Shown in pieces: positions 8,416 to 19,286 of a DNA stretch of 53,088 nucleotides. The notes under the pieces were generated by a model. It was given only the letters and a program-made list of their open reading frames with translations, was not told the origin of the DNA and did no database searches. Source of the DNA: a virus (Duplodnaviria > Caudoviricetes); the IMG/VR virus record IMGVR_UViG_3300035670_000285, positions 1 to 53,088 of that record. One strand, 5' to 3'. How positions within the stretch are numbered: position 1 is the stretch's first letter; every line of letters begins with the position of its first letter. A program made the translations under genes and the position numbers.

Positions 8416-10223
8416 TGGCAGAAAAGAATATATCATATTTAAATAAAAATTTTACTCAATTTAAGGCCTCCCTTATTGAGTTTGCTAAAAATTACTTCCC
8501 TAACACATACACAGATTTTTCAGAAGCATCTCCAGGTACTATGTTTATTGAGATGGCTTCATATGTTGGTGATGTTCTGTCATTCTATACTGATACTCAA
8601 ATTCAAGAGAATTTTGTTTTAACAGCTGTTGAAAAGCAGAATTTGTTAAACATGGCATATTCGTTAGGTTATAGACCTAAATCATCATATGCTTCTGTTG
8701 CTTCTGTAGATTTCTACCAAATAGTACCTATTTCCTCTGGCCAGCCTGATTTGAGATATGCTTTAACAATTCCCGAAAATACCCAATTGCAATCTATTTC
8801 TACAGGAGTAAAGTTTTTAACTGTGGATAGAGTTGACTTTTCCGATACAGGATCTGTTACTATTAGTTTATACGATTCAGGTAATTATCTATTTAAAAAA
8901 TCAACTAGAGCCATATCAGCTGAGGTTTTAAGTACTAATTTTACTTTTGGTGCTCCTCAAAAATTCACTTCTGTTGAATTAAATGAACCTAATTTCCTAC
9001 AAATACTTCAAGTAACAGGAAGCGATAGTAGTATATGGTATGAAGTACCATATTTAGCTCAATCTAACATTATTAATAAAACAATTAATACTGGAGCTAA
9101 TGCTGATAAGGTTCCTTATCTAATGAGTTTACTTGAAACTCCTAATCGTTTTGTTACAAGAATAAAAACAGATGATGTTGTAGAATTACAATTTGGATCA
9201 GGAATGTATGTAAATGATCCGGATGATGTTATTATTCCTAACCCTGATAGTATTCAACTTGGTTTAGTTCCATCAGTAGATACTTCTGATTTGGTTAATA
9301 ATTACAACCAAGCTGCTGTATTTTATACTAAACAATACGGTACTGTTCCTTCTAATATTACTTTAAATGTTCAATACACTGTAGGAGGTGGGGTTGAATC
9401 TAATGTACCTGCAGGTGACATTACAAGAATATTATCATCTGCTGGTATTGTTGCTGTTGATTCTGCTTTTACTAATGCTTCTTTATCAACTCTTGTTGTA
9501 ACTAATCCTATTCCTTCTACAGGAGGTAGAGGAGGAGATACAGTAGAAGAAATTCGTTTAAATACTCTAAATGCATTTTCAGCTCAGTTAAGATCTGTAA
9601 CTAAAGAGGACTATATAAACCGCGCTTTAAGTATGCCATCTCAGTTTGGCACTATTGCTAAAGTATATGTTGAACAAGCATCAGCATTATCTGTTCAAGC
9701 AGGTAATGATCCTTTAATTGATAATAATCCATTAGCGTTATCAATGTATGTTTTAGCATATAATGATAATAAACAGTTAGAGAATGCTACTTTAGAATTA
9801 AAAACTAATTTAAAAGAATATCTTGAACCATTTAGAATGGTTACGGATGCTGTTACTATCAAAGATGGATTTTATATTAATATAGGAATTAATTTTGATA
9901 TCACCGTTATTCCTGGGTTGAGTAATAATCAAATATTAACAGATTGTATTACTACTTTAAAAAATATATTTGACATAGATAAATGGCAAATTAACCAACC
10001 TATTATATTATCAAATGTATACTCTGCACTTTTGCAAGTTCCAGGGGTACAATCAGTAGTAAATGTACAGTTTACAAATAAATCAGGTGGTAGTTATTCT
10101 CCATATGGATACGATATAAATGGCGCTATTCTTAATGGAGTTATATATCCTTCACTAGACCCATCAATATTTGAAGTTAGATTCCCTGATGTAGATATTC
10201 AGGGTAGAGTTGTAACTTTCTAA
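8415..10223 (+). CDS. gp6: baseplate wedge subunit, gp6-like
   Basis: YTDFSEASPG..IEMASYVGDVLSFY, AYSLGYRP, LQFGSG, GGRGGDTVEEIR..Q.RSVTKEDY. Confidence 0.88.
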   Translation: MAEKNISYLNKNFTQFKASLIEFAKNYFPNTYTDFSEASPGTMFIEMASYVGDVLSFYTDTQIQENFVLTAVEKQNLLNMAYSLGYRPKSSYASVASVDFYQIVPISSGQPDLRYALTIPENTQLQSISTGVKFLTVDRVDFSDTGSVTISLYDSGNYLFKKSTRAISAEVLSTNFTFGAPQKFTSVELNEPNFLQILQVTGSDSSIWYEVPYLAQSNIINKTINTGANADKVPYLMSLLETPNRFVTRIKTDDVVELQFGSGMYVNDPDDVIIPNPDSIQLGLVPSVDTSDLVNNYNQAAVFYTKQYGTVPSNITLNVQYTVGGGVESNVPAGDITRILSSAGIVAVDSAFTNASLSTLVVTNPIPSTGGRGGDTVEEIRLNTLNAFSAQLRSVTKEDYINRALSMPSQFGTIAKVYVEQASALSVQAGNDPLIDNNPLALSMYVLAYNDNKQLENATLELKTNLKEYLEPFRMVTDAVTIKDGFYINIGINFDITVIPGLSNNQILTDCITTLKNIFDIDKWQINQPIILSNVYSALLQVPGVQSVVNVQFTNKSGGSYSPYGYDINGAILNGVIYPSLDPSIFEVRFPDVDIQGRVVTF

Positions 10224-10255
10224 TACTTCTATATTTATTGTAAATAAAAACATAG

Positions 10256-11347
10256 ATGGCCGTCTATAGAATATTCCCTGAAAAGGATACAACCATGTAC
10301 TCTGAATATCCCTCAACAAATACAGGGCTAGATCAGATATTAGAAATTTCAAATACTACATCTTCTTTTGGTGAGGAGTCACAAGTATCTAGGATTTTAG
10401 TAAAATATCCTACAGATACTATTCAAGAAGTAATTGCTAATAAAGTAGGAAACCCTTCAATGTTTCGTGCTTATTTAAATTTGTATTTAGCAAACGCTAC
10501 TAATCTTCCTGATAATTATACTTTAAATGCTTTTCCTATATCTCAATCTTGGGATATGGGTACTGGGCGTTTCCTTTATAATCCACCAATTACTAGTGAT
10601 TGTAATTGGGTACAAAGACAAAATGGAGTAGATTGGCCTGTTACTAGCTTTATCCTTGACACTACAGCCTCTTACCAACCAGATAATCCAGGTGGTGGTG
10701 TATGGTATATATTATATGAAGGTTCTCAATCTTTTGAAATAAATAATACAAAAGATACTTATATAGATGTTACAGATATTGTAGGTAACTTTAATAATGA
10801 AAACGTATTTAATGATGGTTTTCTTATTAAAATGGAAGATGGGTATGAATTTAATGCTTCATCTTCTTATTCATTAAAATTCTTTTCAAAAGACACCCAT
10901 ACTATTTATCCTCCTATTTTAGAAATAAGATGGGATGACAGTACATATAATACAGGATCTTTAACGGTTTTACCTAATGATAATACAATAATTACTTTAG
11001 GCAATAATATAGGATATTATAAAACTGATACAACATATCAATTCAGAGTAAATGCTCGTCCAACATACCCTGCTAGGCAATTTGTAACACAATCTGTTTA
11101 TACTTTAAATCAAGCATTACCATCTGCTTCTTATTGGGCAATACAAGATCTAGATACAGGGGAATATATTATAGACTTTAACGACTCATTTACTAAAGTA
11201 AGCTGCGACTCAGCTGGTAACTATTTTAATTTATATATGGAAAGTTTCCAACCTGAAAGATATTATAAAATTTTAATTAAATCTTCTTTTGCAGATGGAT
11301 CTACAGTAGTATTTGATAACAATTACACCTTTAAAATAACTAAGTAA
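10256..11347 (+). CDS. baseplate/tail structural protein
   Basis: 363 aa beta-rich; late motif at 10232-10239; follows gp6. Confidence 0.6.
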   Translation: MAVYRIFPEKDTTMYSEYPSTNTGLDQILEISNTTSSFGEESQVSRILVKYPTDTIQEVIANKVGNPSMFRAYLNLYLANATNLPDNYTLNAFPISQSWDMGTGRFLYNPPITSDCNWVQRQNGVDWPVTSFILDTTASYQPDNPGGGVWYILYEGSQSFEINNTKDTYIDVTDIVGNFNNENVFNDGFLIKMEDGYEFNASSSYSLKFFSKDTHTIYPPILEIRWDDSTYNTGSLTVLPNDNTIITLGNNIGYYKTDTTYQFRVNARPTYPARQFVTQSVYTLNQALPSASYWAIQDLDTGEYIIDFNDSFTKVSCDSAGNYFNLYMESFQPERYYKILIKSSFADGSTVVFDNNYTFKITK

Positions 11348-11706
11348 TGGCAGAAAATATTCCTGTTCAACGCGCTATATATGACAAGAATAGATTCCCT
11401 AAGGTTATTGATACTCAATTTAGAGAATTGAATTCACCTGAACCGGTTGCTTCAGAAGTAACAATAGAAGAATTTTTTGCTTTGTATGATGAATTATTCT
11501 TTAGCATTCCTGCAGAAGGAGATGTTGATTCTCACAGATATATTTTACAAAGAGAAGCAGAGTATTTAGGTGTTAAATTTGCTGATGATGTTGATATACA
11601 GGCATTATTGCAAGAAATAACAGATTTAAGACAACAATTATTAACAGCTGAGACTGAAAATGCAAACTTGGCTCAACAACTAGCAAACAGTACGAATGGC
11701 GGATAA
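11347..11706 (+). CDS. structural-cluster protein with C-terminal coiled coil
   Basis: 119 aa; DIQALLQEITDLRQQLL. Confidence 0.65.
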   Translation: MAENIPVQRAIYDKNRFPKVIDTQFRELNSPEPVASEVTIEEFFALYDELFFSIPAEGDVDSHRYILQREAEYLGVKFADDVDIQALLQEITDLRQQLLTAETENANLAQQLANSTNGG

Positions 11707-14700
11707 TATTAAAATAGTAGGACAAATCCTTGACACAGACATAGTAAGTCGTTATCCTTTACAGGACCAACAACTACTTGTTCCTAGCATACAAGCAGAA
11801 ACATTTGGTGCTTCTACTGATTATATTGAATACTTTGTTTTTGATCTTGGAGGGAGTGTTTTAAATTCGGATTATAATTATCAATCGTATAAATTACCTT
11901 CTAATGTAGGTTATTCTCAAAGTTTACTTCCTGCAATTGAAATAGACCCTATTCAAGATATTCAAAATCTAGGATATGAGTCAGGAGAAGTAACTGTTAG
12001 ATATAACTTTTTTAGAAAAGTTGCTAGCCAACCATTTAGCAATCAACTATTCATCCAGCAAATTTCTACAGACAGAACAGAAATTAGAGTAAACTCTACT
12101 GTTTTATCCCCAGAAAGTTTATTGTCTATAGTTACTAATTTTACTCAAAAACAAAATGAAGTTCCTTATTACTATTATGTAATATTAAACTTTGGAGATA
12201 ATAACCAAGTAATAGCAGTTAATGCTTTAAGTACTGTTAGTGACACCGGAGAAGCTAGTATTTTATTTAAATTAGCTAATCCACTTCCTGCTAATTTAGG
12301 ATTAAAAAATACTTTTTGGATTGTAGAGGAAATTATCAATCCTTATATATTTGACCTTAATCTTGATAAGTTAATTTCTTCATTACCACAACCTATTTTA
12401 AAGGGTCCTAATTTTGATATTGATTTACAAACTAAAGAGGTAGTACCTACATCATATAGTAATTACACTCAACTTATATCTTCACTAACAGGATCATACT
12501 ATCAAGTTGTTTTAAATGTAATTAACAACCAAAATACTAACATTAATATAGACTACAGCACTCTTAATGATTTTATTCATTATAGTTCTGCTGAGAATAG
12601 ACTATATAATTTCATGTATAAAGTAGGAGAAATTGAATCTTACCAATCTGAGATCAATATTAATTCTCCTTTAACTGCTAGTAATCCATCTTTGGTAGGT
12701 TCTGTAACTAGAGCTAGTTCTAGTTTAAATGAAATTATTTCAAAATTTGATGGATTTGAATATTACTTATATTTTAATTCAAGTTCATTAACTTCTTCTA
12801 TTGTAGAATATACACTAGAAACCGGATCCTTCTTTGAATATAATATTGCACCTTACCCTAAATCTAATTCTACTCAACCATATACACTATATGCTTCATC
12901 TTCTGCTACAGTACAAAGCTGGTATGTTACTGCTTCTAATGTAGCTGTTGCTTATGATATAGATAATAAAGATATTTTAATAGACACCATACCTTCTTAT
13001 ATATTAGAAGATCCGGATAACTATTTGCCTTATATTACGTTTGTTAATATGATAGGCCAATATTTTGATAATGTTTGGATCTATATAGACAAATTAACAG
13101 ATGTATGGGATAATGACAATAATTTAAATAAAGGTATATCCCAAGATTTAGTATATGAATGGTTAGAATCCTTTGGAATGAAATTATATAATTCCCAAGG
13201 TAATCAAACTGTACTTGATTATCAAGTAGGTGGATATAGTGGTAGTGTTGATTTTAATGGTGATTATTCTCCATCAAGTAGCTTTTTAAATAATGTACCT
13301 AGAAAAGATTTAGTATTAGATACATACAAAAGATTATATCATAACTTACCTTATTTATTTAAAACTAAAGGTTCACACGGTGGTTTACAAGGTTTAATCA
13401 CTGCCTTTGGTATTACTGGTTCTATTCTTCCTATTAAAGAATATGGAGGTACAACAGATTATCAAGATTTAAAAGGATATAACCCAAATAAAATTACTTT
13501 AGGCTCAAACACTATTACAGGTAGTGTTTTATCTTCTATTAAACGTCTAGAAACATCTCCAACTTCATCTAGAGCTATAAAAAGTCAAGATTTACATTTT
13601 ATTGATGTTTCATTCTCTCCAGAAACACAAATTGATGCTGCTGTTTCTGCTTCAATTATTGCTGTTGACCCAACATGGGTAATTGATGATTATATTGGTG
13701 ATCCTAGAGATTTAGAGTTAAATACATATCCTTCTCTATCATTTGAGCGTGATTATTGGTTTGGAGAAACATTTAGTGAACCTTTTGATTATGGTGGATT
13801 TATAAGATTAATACAATTCTTTGATAATTCATTATTCAAAATGATCAAAGATTTTACTCCTGCTAGAGGTAATACTTGGACAGGTGTTTCTATTAAATCA
13901 CCTGTACTTGAAAGACCTAAAGTAGCTCAGTATGATCCTAGATTTACGCAAACAAATGAATTTTCTACTACAACAGATAGTGCTTCTTTAGAACCTATAT
14001 ATGATCCTTATTATTATTATTTAGCAGGAGACAAAGCTGATTATTATAATGGTGCTATACCTGGTTCTGAACTTGATACTTACTTAGTTTTTGAAGAAAA
14101 TAATAGAAATCCTTTCTTAGTAAATAATACTGTAGGATATGTTCCTCCTGGGTTTATTAGTGGTAGTACAGAATTTGTGTTAGATTACAATTCTCCTAGA
14201 CCTGAAAACTTCTTCTTAAACTCAGATTTTAATGTATTACAAAATAATGTAGATGTAAGTTTAACATCTGAGTATAGACAAAAACTTGTTCCAATATATT
14301 CTTTAGGAAACAATACATCAACTTATGTTTCTTATTCTATAACTGAATCGGTTGAATTACAAGATTCATATCTTTCTTTATATTCATATAATACACCAAG
14401 ATATGATGGTGTACAATTATATGGTAGATTATTTAATACATGGTCTATAGGAGATATATCTTATGGTACTTCTCCTGTAATTAACTATTATGTTAAAAAA
14501 TTAGGTTTATTTACTGAAGTTGTAGATAATGTTTATTTGCCTTATAAGAGTAGTGTTAGACTAAAATATTTGGTTGATGAAACAGGTAGATTAACTGAAT
14601 TAAATAAACGTAATAGAAACTGGGTAGAAGTACAAAATACATTTGAAACTGGTGATCCGCTGAATGTTTCTTTATTTGATTCTCAAAAATATTCTAATCA

Positions 14701-16288
14701 AGTACAAACTAATGGAAATAAACTTATCTATGAAAGTGGATATGCTTACTTCCCTGTTTATTATGCTTATGGAGATGAATCTACTCCTGCAGAATGGACT
14801 CCAAATGCGGCCTTTTCTCCTGTTCAACTTGGTTCTCAAAATATATTAAATAGATATTTTACAATATATGCTGATGCAGGAGGTATAATTCCCTCAAGTG
14901 TTACATTTACTTCTTCAAGCTACACAGCAGCGGGCACTGTAAACATGCATGAGGTGTGGAATTTATTTAATTCTACCAACATTAATAATAATGATGGTCT
15001 TTATTTCTTCCCAGGTGCAGGACCAGGAAATGGAGTTGATCCTACCGGAACTCCTATTAATATAACATCTTCTTATTATCAAATACCTGCAACTGGTATT
15101 TATGAGTTTAATTATAATTTTAATGTTGCCGCTACAGCTTCTGTAAGTAATCCTGTTAACAGTCTTACAGCTAGTATGGAAGTATGGTTAAGCAGTTCAG
15201 CAGGTGCTACTTTACTTGATCAAAATAAAATTATAGCTCCATTTAATGATATATTTTATAAAGGAGTTTTAGGTCAAGTTCCAAACGGATATACAAATAT
15301 TATAGTACAAGACCAATTTGTAACTATAACAATCCCAACAGGATATAGCATATATGAATATAACCTTGCTACAGATACAACTCCGTTTAATATATTACCT
15401 ATAAATGCAAACACTACTTATAGACTATATAGGGTAACAGGAGTACCATTTTCTGGAGCTAATTCAGAAACCTTTAGAACTAATTTAGGATTTTTCTGGG
15501 CTAATCAGGATAGTGGATTTAGTAATAATAATTATACCTTTATAAAATTATATAACCAATTAACTGCACCAGGAGGTGGAGGATCAACCCAAACATTGTC
15601 GTTTAGAAGATCAGTAATTGTAGATACTTCAGGAGTTGCTAATCCTGGGGATTTGATAGAATTTAGATTCTTTGTTGATTCTAATACAACAGGAATAACA
15701 TCTGCTACAATGAAAGAAGGTGGAATTTTAAAAGTTGTTCCTTCAAACAATACCTTAATAGCTACAGGAACTGAAGTGTGTGTTGATCAAACCCAAAATG
15801 CCTTTTATTTAAATTCAGCTTTATCTCCTTATTATGGTCCTGCTTATCTATTTAATCCATTAGATGCTAATGTTTCTTCTTTCTATACTAATTTATATAG
15901 TACTTATGGGGATATATTATATCCGTTTGATTTGGAAGAAAATGATAAAATAGTAGTACAAATTGAAGGTTCTAATGGATCATCACTTGTGTATACTGTT
16001 GCAAGTTCATCTATAGCAGGAGGAACCGGAAACGTGTACATCTATACTAAAGAAGATATAGACGGTTATTTTGGTAATTTATGTGATAAGTTTTATAAAA
16101 TTTTATTCCTAAAAAGAATACAAGACGAAACTAGTATCATATTAGATTTTCCTAAACCAACAGGCAAAACATCTTACGGATTTACAATACCACAAAATAT
16201 AAGCCCTGCGGTGCTTGATAATATTGATCAAATTACGAAGAATGTAAATCAACAGTTGATAGATGTGGGAATCGATACAACAACATAA
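11696..16288 (+). CDS. large baseplate wedge protein (gp7-like position)
   Basis: 1530 aa; RLYHNLPYLFKTKGS..GL..LI..FGI resembles the gp7/P2-gpI wedge motif. Confidence 0.6.
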   Translation: MADNIKIVGQILDTDIVSRYPLQDQQLLVPSIQAETFGASTDYIEYFVFDLGGSVLNSDYNYQSYKLPSNVGYSQSLLPAIEIDPIQDIQNLGYESGEVTVRYNFFRKVASQPFSNQLFIQQISTDRTEIRVNSTVLSPESLLSIVTNFTQKQNEVPYYYYVILNFGDNNQVIAVNALSTVSDTGEASILFKLANPLPANLGLKNTFWIVEEIINPYIFDLNLDKLISSLPQPILKGPNFDIDLQTKEVVPTSYSNYTQLISSLTGSYYQVVLNVINNQNTNINIDYSTLNDFIHYSSAENRLYNFMYKVGEIESYQSEININSPLTASNPSLVGSVTRASSSLNEIISKFDGFEYYLYFNSSSLTSSIVEYTLETGSFFEYNIAPYPKSNSTQPYTLYASSSATVQSWYVTASNVAVAYDIDNKDILIDTIPSYILEDPDNYLPYITFVNMIGQYFDNVWIYIDKLTDVWDNDNNLNKGISQDLVYEWLESFGMKLYNSQGNQTVLDYQVGGYSGSVDFNGDYSPSSSFLNNVPRKDLVLDTYKRLYHNLPYLFKTKGSHGGLQGLITAFGITGSILPIKEYGGTTDYQDLKGYNPNKITLGSNTITGSVLSSIKRLETSPTSSRAIKSQDLHFIDVSFSPETQIDAAVSASIIAVDPTWVIDDYIGDPRDLELNTYPSLSFERDYWFGETFSEPFDYGGFIRLIQFFDNSLFKMIKDFTPARGNTWTGVSIKSPVLERPKVAQYDPRFTQTNEFSTTTDSASLEPIYDPYYYYLAGDKADYYNGAIPGSELDTYLVFEENNRNPFLVNNTVGYVPPGFISGSTEFVLDYNSPRPENFFLNSDFNVLQNNVDVSLTSEYRQKLVPIYSLGNNTSTYVSYSITESVELQDSYLSLYSYNTPRYDGVQLYGRLFNTWSIGDISYGTSPVINYYVKKLGLFTEVVDNVYLPYKSSVRLKYLVDETGRLTELNKRNRNWVEVQNTFETGDPLNVSLFDSQKYSNQVQTNGNKLIYESGYAYFPVYYAYGDESTPAEWTPNAAFSPVQLGSQNILNRYFTIYADAGGIIPSSVTFTSSSYTAAGTVNMHEVWNLFNSTNINNNDGLYFFPGAGPGNGVDPTGTPINITSSYYQIPATGIYEFNYNFNVAATASVSNPVNSLTASMEVWLSSSAGATLLDQNKIIAPFNDIFYKGVLGQVPNGYTNIIVQDQFVTITIPTGYSIYEYNLATDTTPFNILPINANTTYRLYRVTGVPFSGANSETFRTNLGFFWANQDSGFSNNNYTFIKLYNQLTAPGGGGSTQTLSFRRSVIVDTSGVANPGDLIEFRFFVDSNTTGITSATMKEGGILKVVPSNNTLIATGTEVCVDQTQNAFYLNSALSPYYGPAYLFNPLDANVSSFYTNLYSTYGDILYPFDLEENDKIVVQIEGSNGSSLVYTVASSSIAGGTGNVYIYTKEDIDGYFGNLCDKFYKILFLKRIQDETSIILDFPKPTGKTSYGFTIPQNISPAVLDNIDQITKNVNQQLIDVGIDTTT

Positions 16289-16336
16289 TCTAGATTTATA
16301 AAAGTTAAATATTTATAACAAAATATATTGTAAAAA

Positions 16337-16999
16337 ATGGCTATTTTAAATAATAATACTGTAACAATTGATGCAGTTTTAACAGCTAAAGGTAGAGAGT
16401 TAATGGCTCGTAATGATGGTTCATTCCAAATTACCCAATTCTCTTTAGCAGATGACGAAGTTGATTACACTCTATACAACCCTCAACATCCTTCAGGTTC
16501 TGCATTTTATGGACAAGCTATTGAAGCAATGCCTGTAATTGAAGCATTTCCTGATGATACACAGATTATGATTTACAAATTGGTAACATTACCAAGAGGA
16601 ACTGCTAAATTACCTGTAATTAACATTGGTTACAACAGTATTAATTTAAAACAAGGCGCAACTTTAACAATTACTCCTCAAACATTAAACTATCTTGGCG
16701 CTACAAGTACATTTGAAGCTAATGGATACGCTATAACAGTGGGTGATGTTAGATACCTATCTACATTCTCTTCTACAGGAGTTGCTGGAGCTGAGGTTAC
16801 TCCAACTGGTGTTACTCAAACACTTGGTTCACAGGTGAGTCAAACATTGATTGGTACTTCATTTACATTAACTGGCACTACAATTAATACATTATTTGGT
16901 TCTAATTCAAATCAAATTACAACTACAATAACAGTATTAGGTAGAGATAGCGGTGCTAGAATTACTGTTCCATTAGTAATAACAAAAACAAATTCTTAA
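16337..16999 (+). CDS. baseplate/tail-collar-like protein
   Basis: DAVLTAKGRELMAR...ITQFSLADDEVDY; late motif at 16310-16317. Confidence 0.55.
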   Translation: MAILNNNTVTIDAVLTAKGRELMARNDGSFQITQFSLADDEVDYTLYNPQHPSGSAFYGQAIEAMPVIEAFPDDTQIMIYKLVTLPRGTAKLPVINIGYNSINLKQGATLTITPQTLNYLGATSTFEANGYAITVGDVRYLSTFSSTGVAGAEVTPTGVTQTLGSQVSQTLIGTSFTLTGTTINTLFGSNSNQITTTITVLGRDSGARITVPLVITKTNS

Positions 17000-17009
17000 T
17001 ACATAACAT

Positions 17010-18035
17010 ATGTCATTTGTAAGATATACTCCAGAAGATTCAGTAGTAAGTGTTGAAACGGTAGTACGCCCAATGTGGAGTGGTAATACCAATGTATTAA
17101 CTGCTTTTTATACCTCTACTGTAATTACAAGTTCTTTTTACCTTAATGTGTATGCTGAAGCTCCTGGAAGTTCACTTTCTACTTCAGCATCAGTACAATT
17201 TGCTGTACAGTATGGTAACAAATATGGTAGTGGTTCTGCATATATAAATACTGCTGTAACTGCTCAATTGCCAGATAGTTCATCTATTACTCCAACCAGA
17301 GTTGTATACGGACAATATAGAACATTATTGTTAGGAACCGAAAGTGGAAGTTTTGAATTTGGTAGTGATAATCCAAATGGTATTTATGTTATTAACGTAG
17401 CTAGAAACCGATATAAAGAACATATTCAACCTGGTTCTTTAACTTTAAATTTATCTAACGGAGGAAATATAATTTCACTAACAGATAATAGTCAAGTAAA
17501 CTCAACTACTAATTACACTACTAATGGGTTATTATATTACACATTAATTAGTGGAAGTGGAGGAACACAATCTCCAAACGTAGCAGCTAATGCTTCTATC
17601 TATGGTTACCTATTCCCAGACAATGATATTATTGTATTAAACCCAAATGCTTTATCTAAGTCAGCTGCTGATGGAGGAATAGGATTTAATCCTACAATAC
17701 AAGCTCCTGGAGCTGATAATGATGTTGATGGTGCTTTTTATAATACTATTTCTGCAGGTGCTTATTTTGCTTTGCAATCTGCTGAAAATGTAGCTGCCCA
17801 TTACTTCTTTACAAGAGTAAAAAATCAGGACTTTAACTATACAACAAATCCATCTATTATAGATAATAATGGTAATTTGATTTATTCTACTTTAATTAAT
17901 AATCCTCAAACGTTTATAACAACAGTAGGTCTTTATAATGACCAAAACGAGTTATTAGCGGTTGCTAAATTAAGTAGACCATTAGTAAAAGACTTTACTA
18001 AAGAGGCTTTAATTAAAGTAAAATTAGACTACTAA
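17010..18035 (+). CDS. baseplate/tail-fibre attachment protein (intact paralog)
   Basis: C-terminal FNYTTNPS..FITTVGLYNDQNELLAVAKLSRPL, like tail-collar C-termini. Confidence 0.6.
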   Translation: MSFVRYTPEDSVVSVETVVRPMWSGNTNVLTAFYTSTVITSSFYLNVYAEAPGSSLSTSASVQFAVQYGNKYGSGSAYINTAVTAQLPDSSSITPTRVVYGQYRTLLLGTESGSFEFGSDNPNGIYVINVARNRYKEHIQPGSLTLNLSNGGNIISLTDNSQVNSTTNYTTNGLLYYTLISGSGGTQSPNVAANASIYGYLFPDNDIIVLNPNALSKSAADGGIGFNPTIQAPGADNDVDGAFYNTISAGAYFALQSAENVAAHYFFTRVKNQDFNYTTNPSIIDNNGNLIYSTLINNPQTFITTVGLYNDQNELLAVAKLSRPLVKDFTKEALIKVKLDY

Positions 18036-18056
18036 TTTATATAATAATGTTACTAC

Positions 18057-19052
18057 ATGGGATCATTCAAAAAGTTAAAATCTTCAGACGTTATAACAGT
18101 ACCCGTTATAGCTAATAAACAATGGAATTTTAACTATTCTCCTTTACCTCTAAATGATCCTTATGTTGGCTTCTATAATGGTACTAACTTACCAGGTACT
18201 TTTAATCCTGGAGGAGAGCCTATAACTAATGGGCAATACGATAGATTAATGTATGATTTTGTAAATCAACTATTCTATCACCAATATTCAGGCAGTTTAT
18301 CAACTGCTTCTCTTGCTTCTTCGATATACTATGAATCAGCTAGTGGATTAAGACCAACTAGATCATATTTTAATTTTAATGATGATCCTGGTTTTATAAA
18401 TAATTTTCCAACAGGAATTAATGATTCTGTAAAGATATTAGCTATATCTCCTAGTGTGTTTGGAGAACAGGTTTTACCCTATACTTTCCAATTAAGCTCT
18501 TCTACTTTTATTATAGCCGACGATGGTAAAGGAAATCTGTATAGTGGTCAAACCCATGTTGGTAATATATTCTATCCTGAAGGGATTGCTGTAATTACTA
18601 ATGCTTCTTTTCAAGGTGAATTTCCTTTACCTCCTGTTGCTAATGACGATATTATTACTATTGTAAGAAGTGATTATGGAAACCCAGTACAAATTGTTTT
18701 ATCACCATTAACTAATGATGATCTAAGAGGAAATACTCTTATAAATCAATCTATTCAATTATTTGGGGGGCAAGTCAGTTATTTTGCAACAGGCTCTAAC
18801 AATACAGTAACAATGTCTTTCAGTGGTCTTGGAGTTGGAGTATATCAAACCTTTTACACATTCCAAGTAACAGGTTCTTATGGATCTCCATTAACAAGCA
18901 ATACAGGAAGCATAATTATTACCGTACAGGATCCAGATTGTAATTTTGAATTAAGCATGGTGGAGTATGAAGAAATAATATTAGCTACAGCTAATGTAAA
19001 TGGAGATGAGATTTGTGTTGTATTTGAAACATTTATAGGTCCTTTAGGATGA
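18057..19052 (+). CDS. N-terminal half of a second attachment-protein paralog fused to an Ig-like domain
   Basis: HVGNIFYPEGIAVIT aligns by eye with IYGYLFPDNDIIVLN of 17010; then PPVANDD...SPLTNDD Ig/cadherin-like signature. Confidence 0.55.
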   Translation: MGSFKKLKSSDVITVPVIANKQWNFNYSPLPLNDPYVGFYNGTNLPGTFNPGGEPITNGQYDRLMYDFVNQLFYHQYSGSLSTASLASSIYYESASGLRPTRSYFNFNDDPGFINNFPTGINDSVKILAISPSVFGEQVLPYTFQLSSSTFIIADDGKGNLYSGQTHVGNIFYPEGIAVITNASFQGEFPLPPVANDDIITIVRSDYGNPVQIVLSPLTNDDLRGNTLINQSIQLFGGQVSYFATGSNNTVTMSFSGLGVGVYQTFYTFQVTGSYGSPLTSNTGSIIITVQDPDCNFELSMVEYEEIILATANVNGDEICVVFETFIGPLG

Positions 19053-19079
19053 TAAAACAATTAAAAAATATGAGTAAAG

Positions 19080-19274
19080 ATGGCATACGCTAGTGCTTCA
19101 TTTGATGTTACTGCTTCTGTGTTGTATTTTGATACAGCAACTTATAATTATCAATTTATAGATATCATAGTACCTGCTAATAATGTTAGTGGATGCGCAA
19201 CCTTTGTTACAGAATCAGGATTAACATACGAGGCTTATGTTTATAATGTAGACCCTTATTTTGATCCAAGTTAA
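19080..19274 (+). CDS. small beta-rich structural-cluster protein
   Basis: 64 aa, tightly spaced between neighbours. Confidence 0.6.
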   Translation: MAYASASFDVTASVLYFDTATYNYQFIDIIVPANNVSGCATFVTESGLTYEAYVYNVDPYFDPS

Positions 19275-19286
19275 CAATATAAGAAT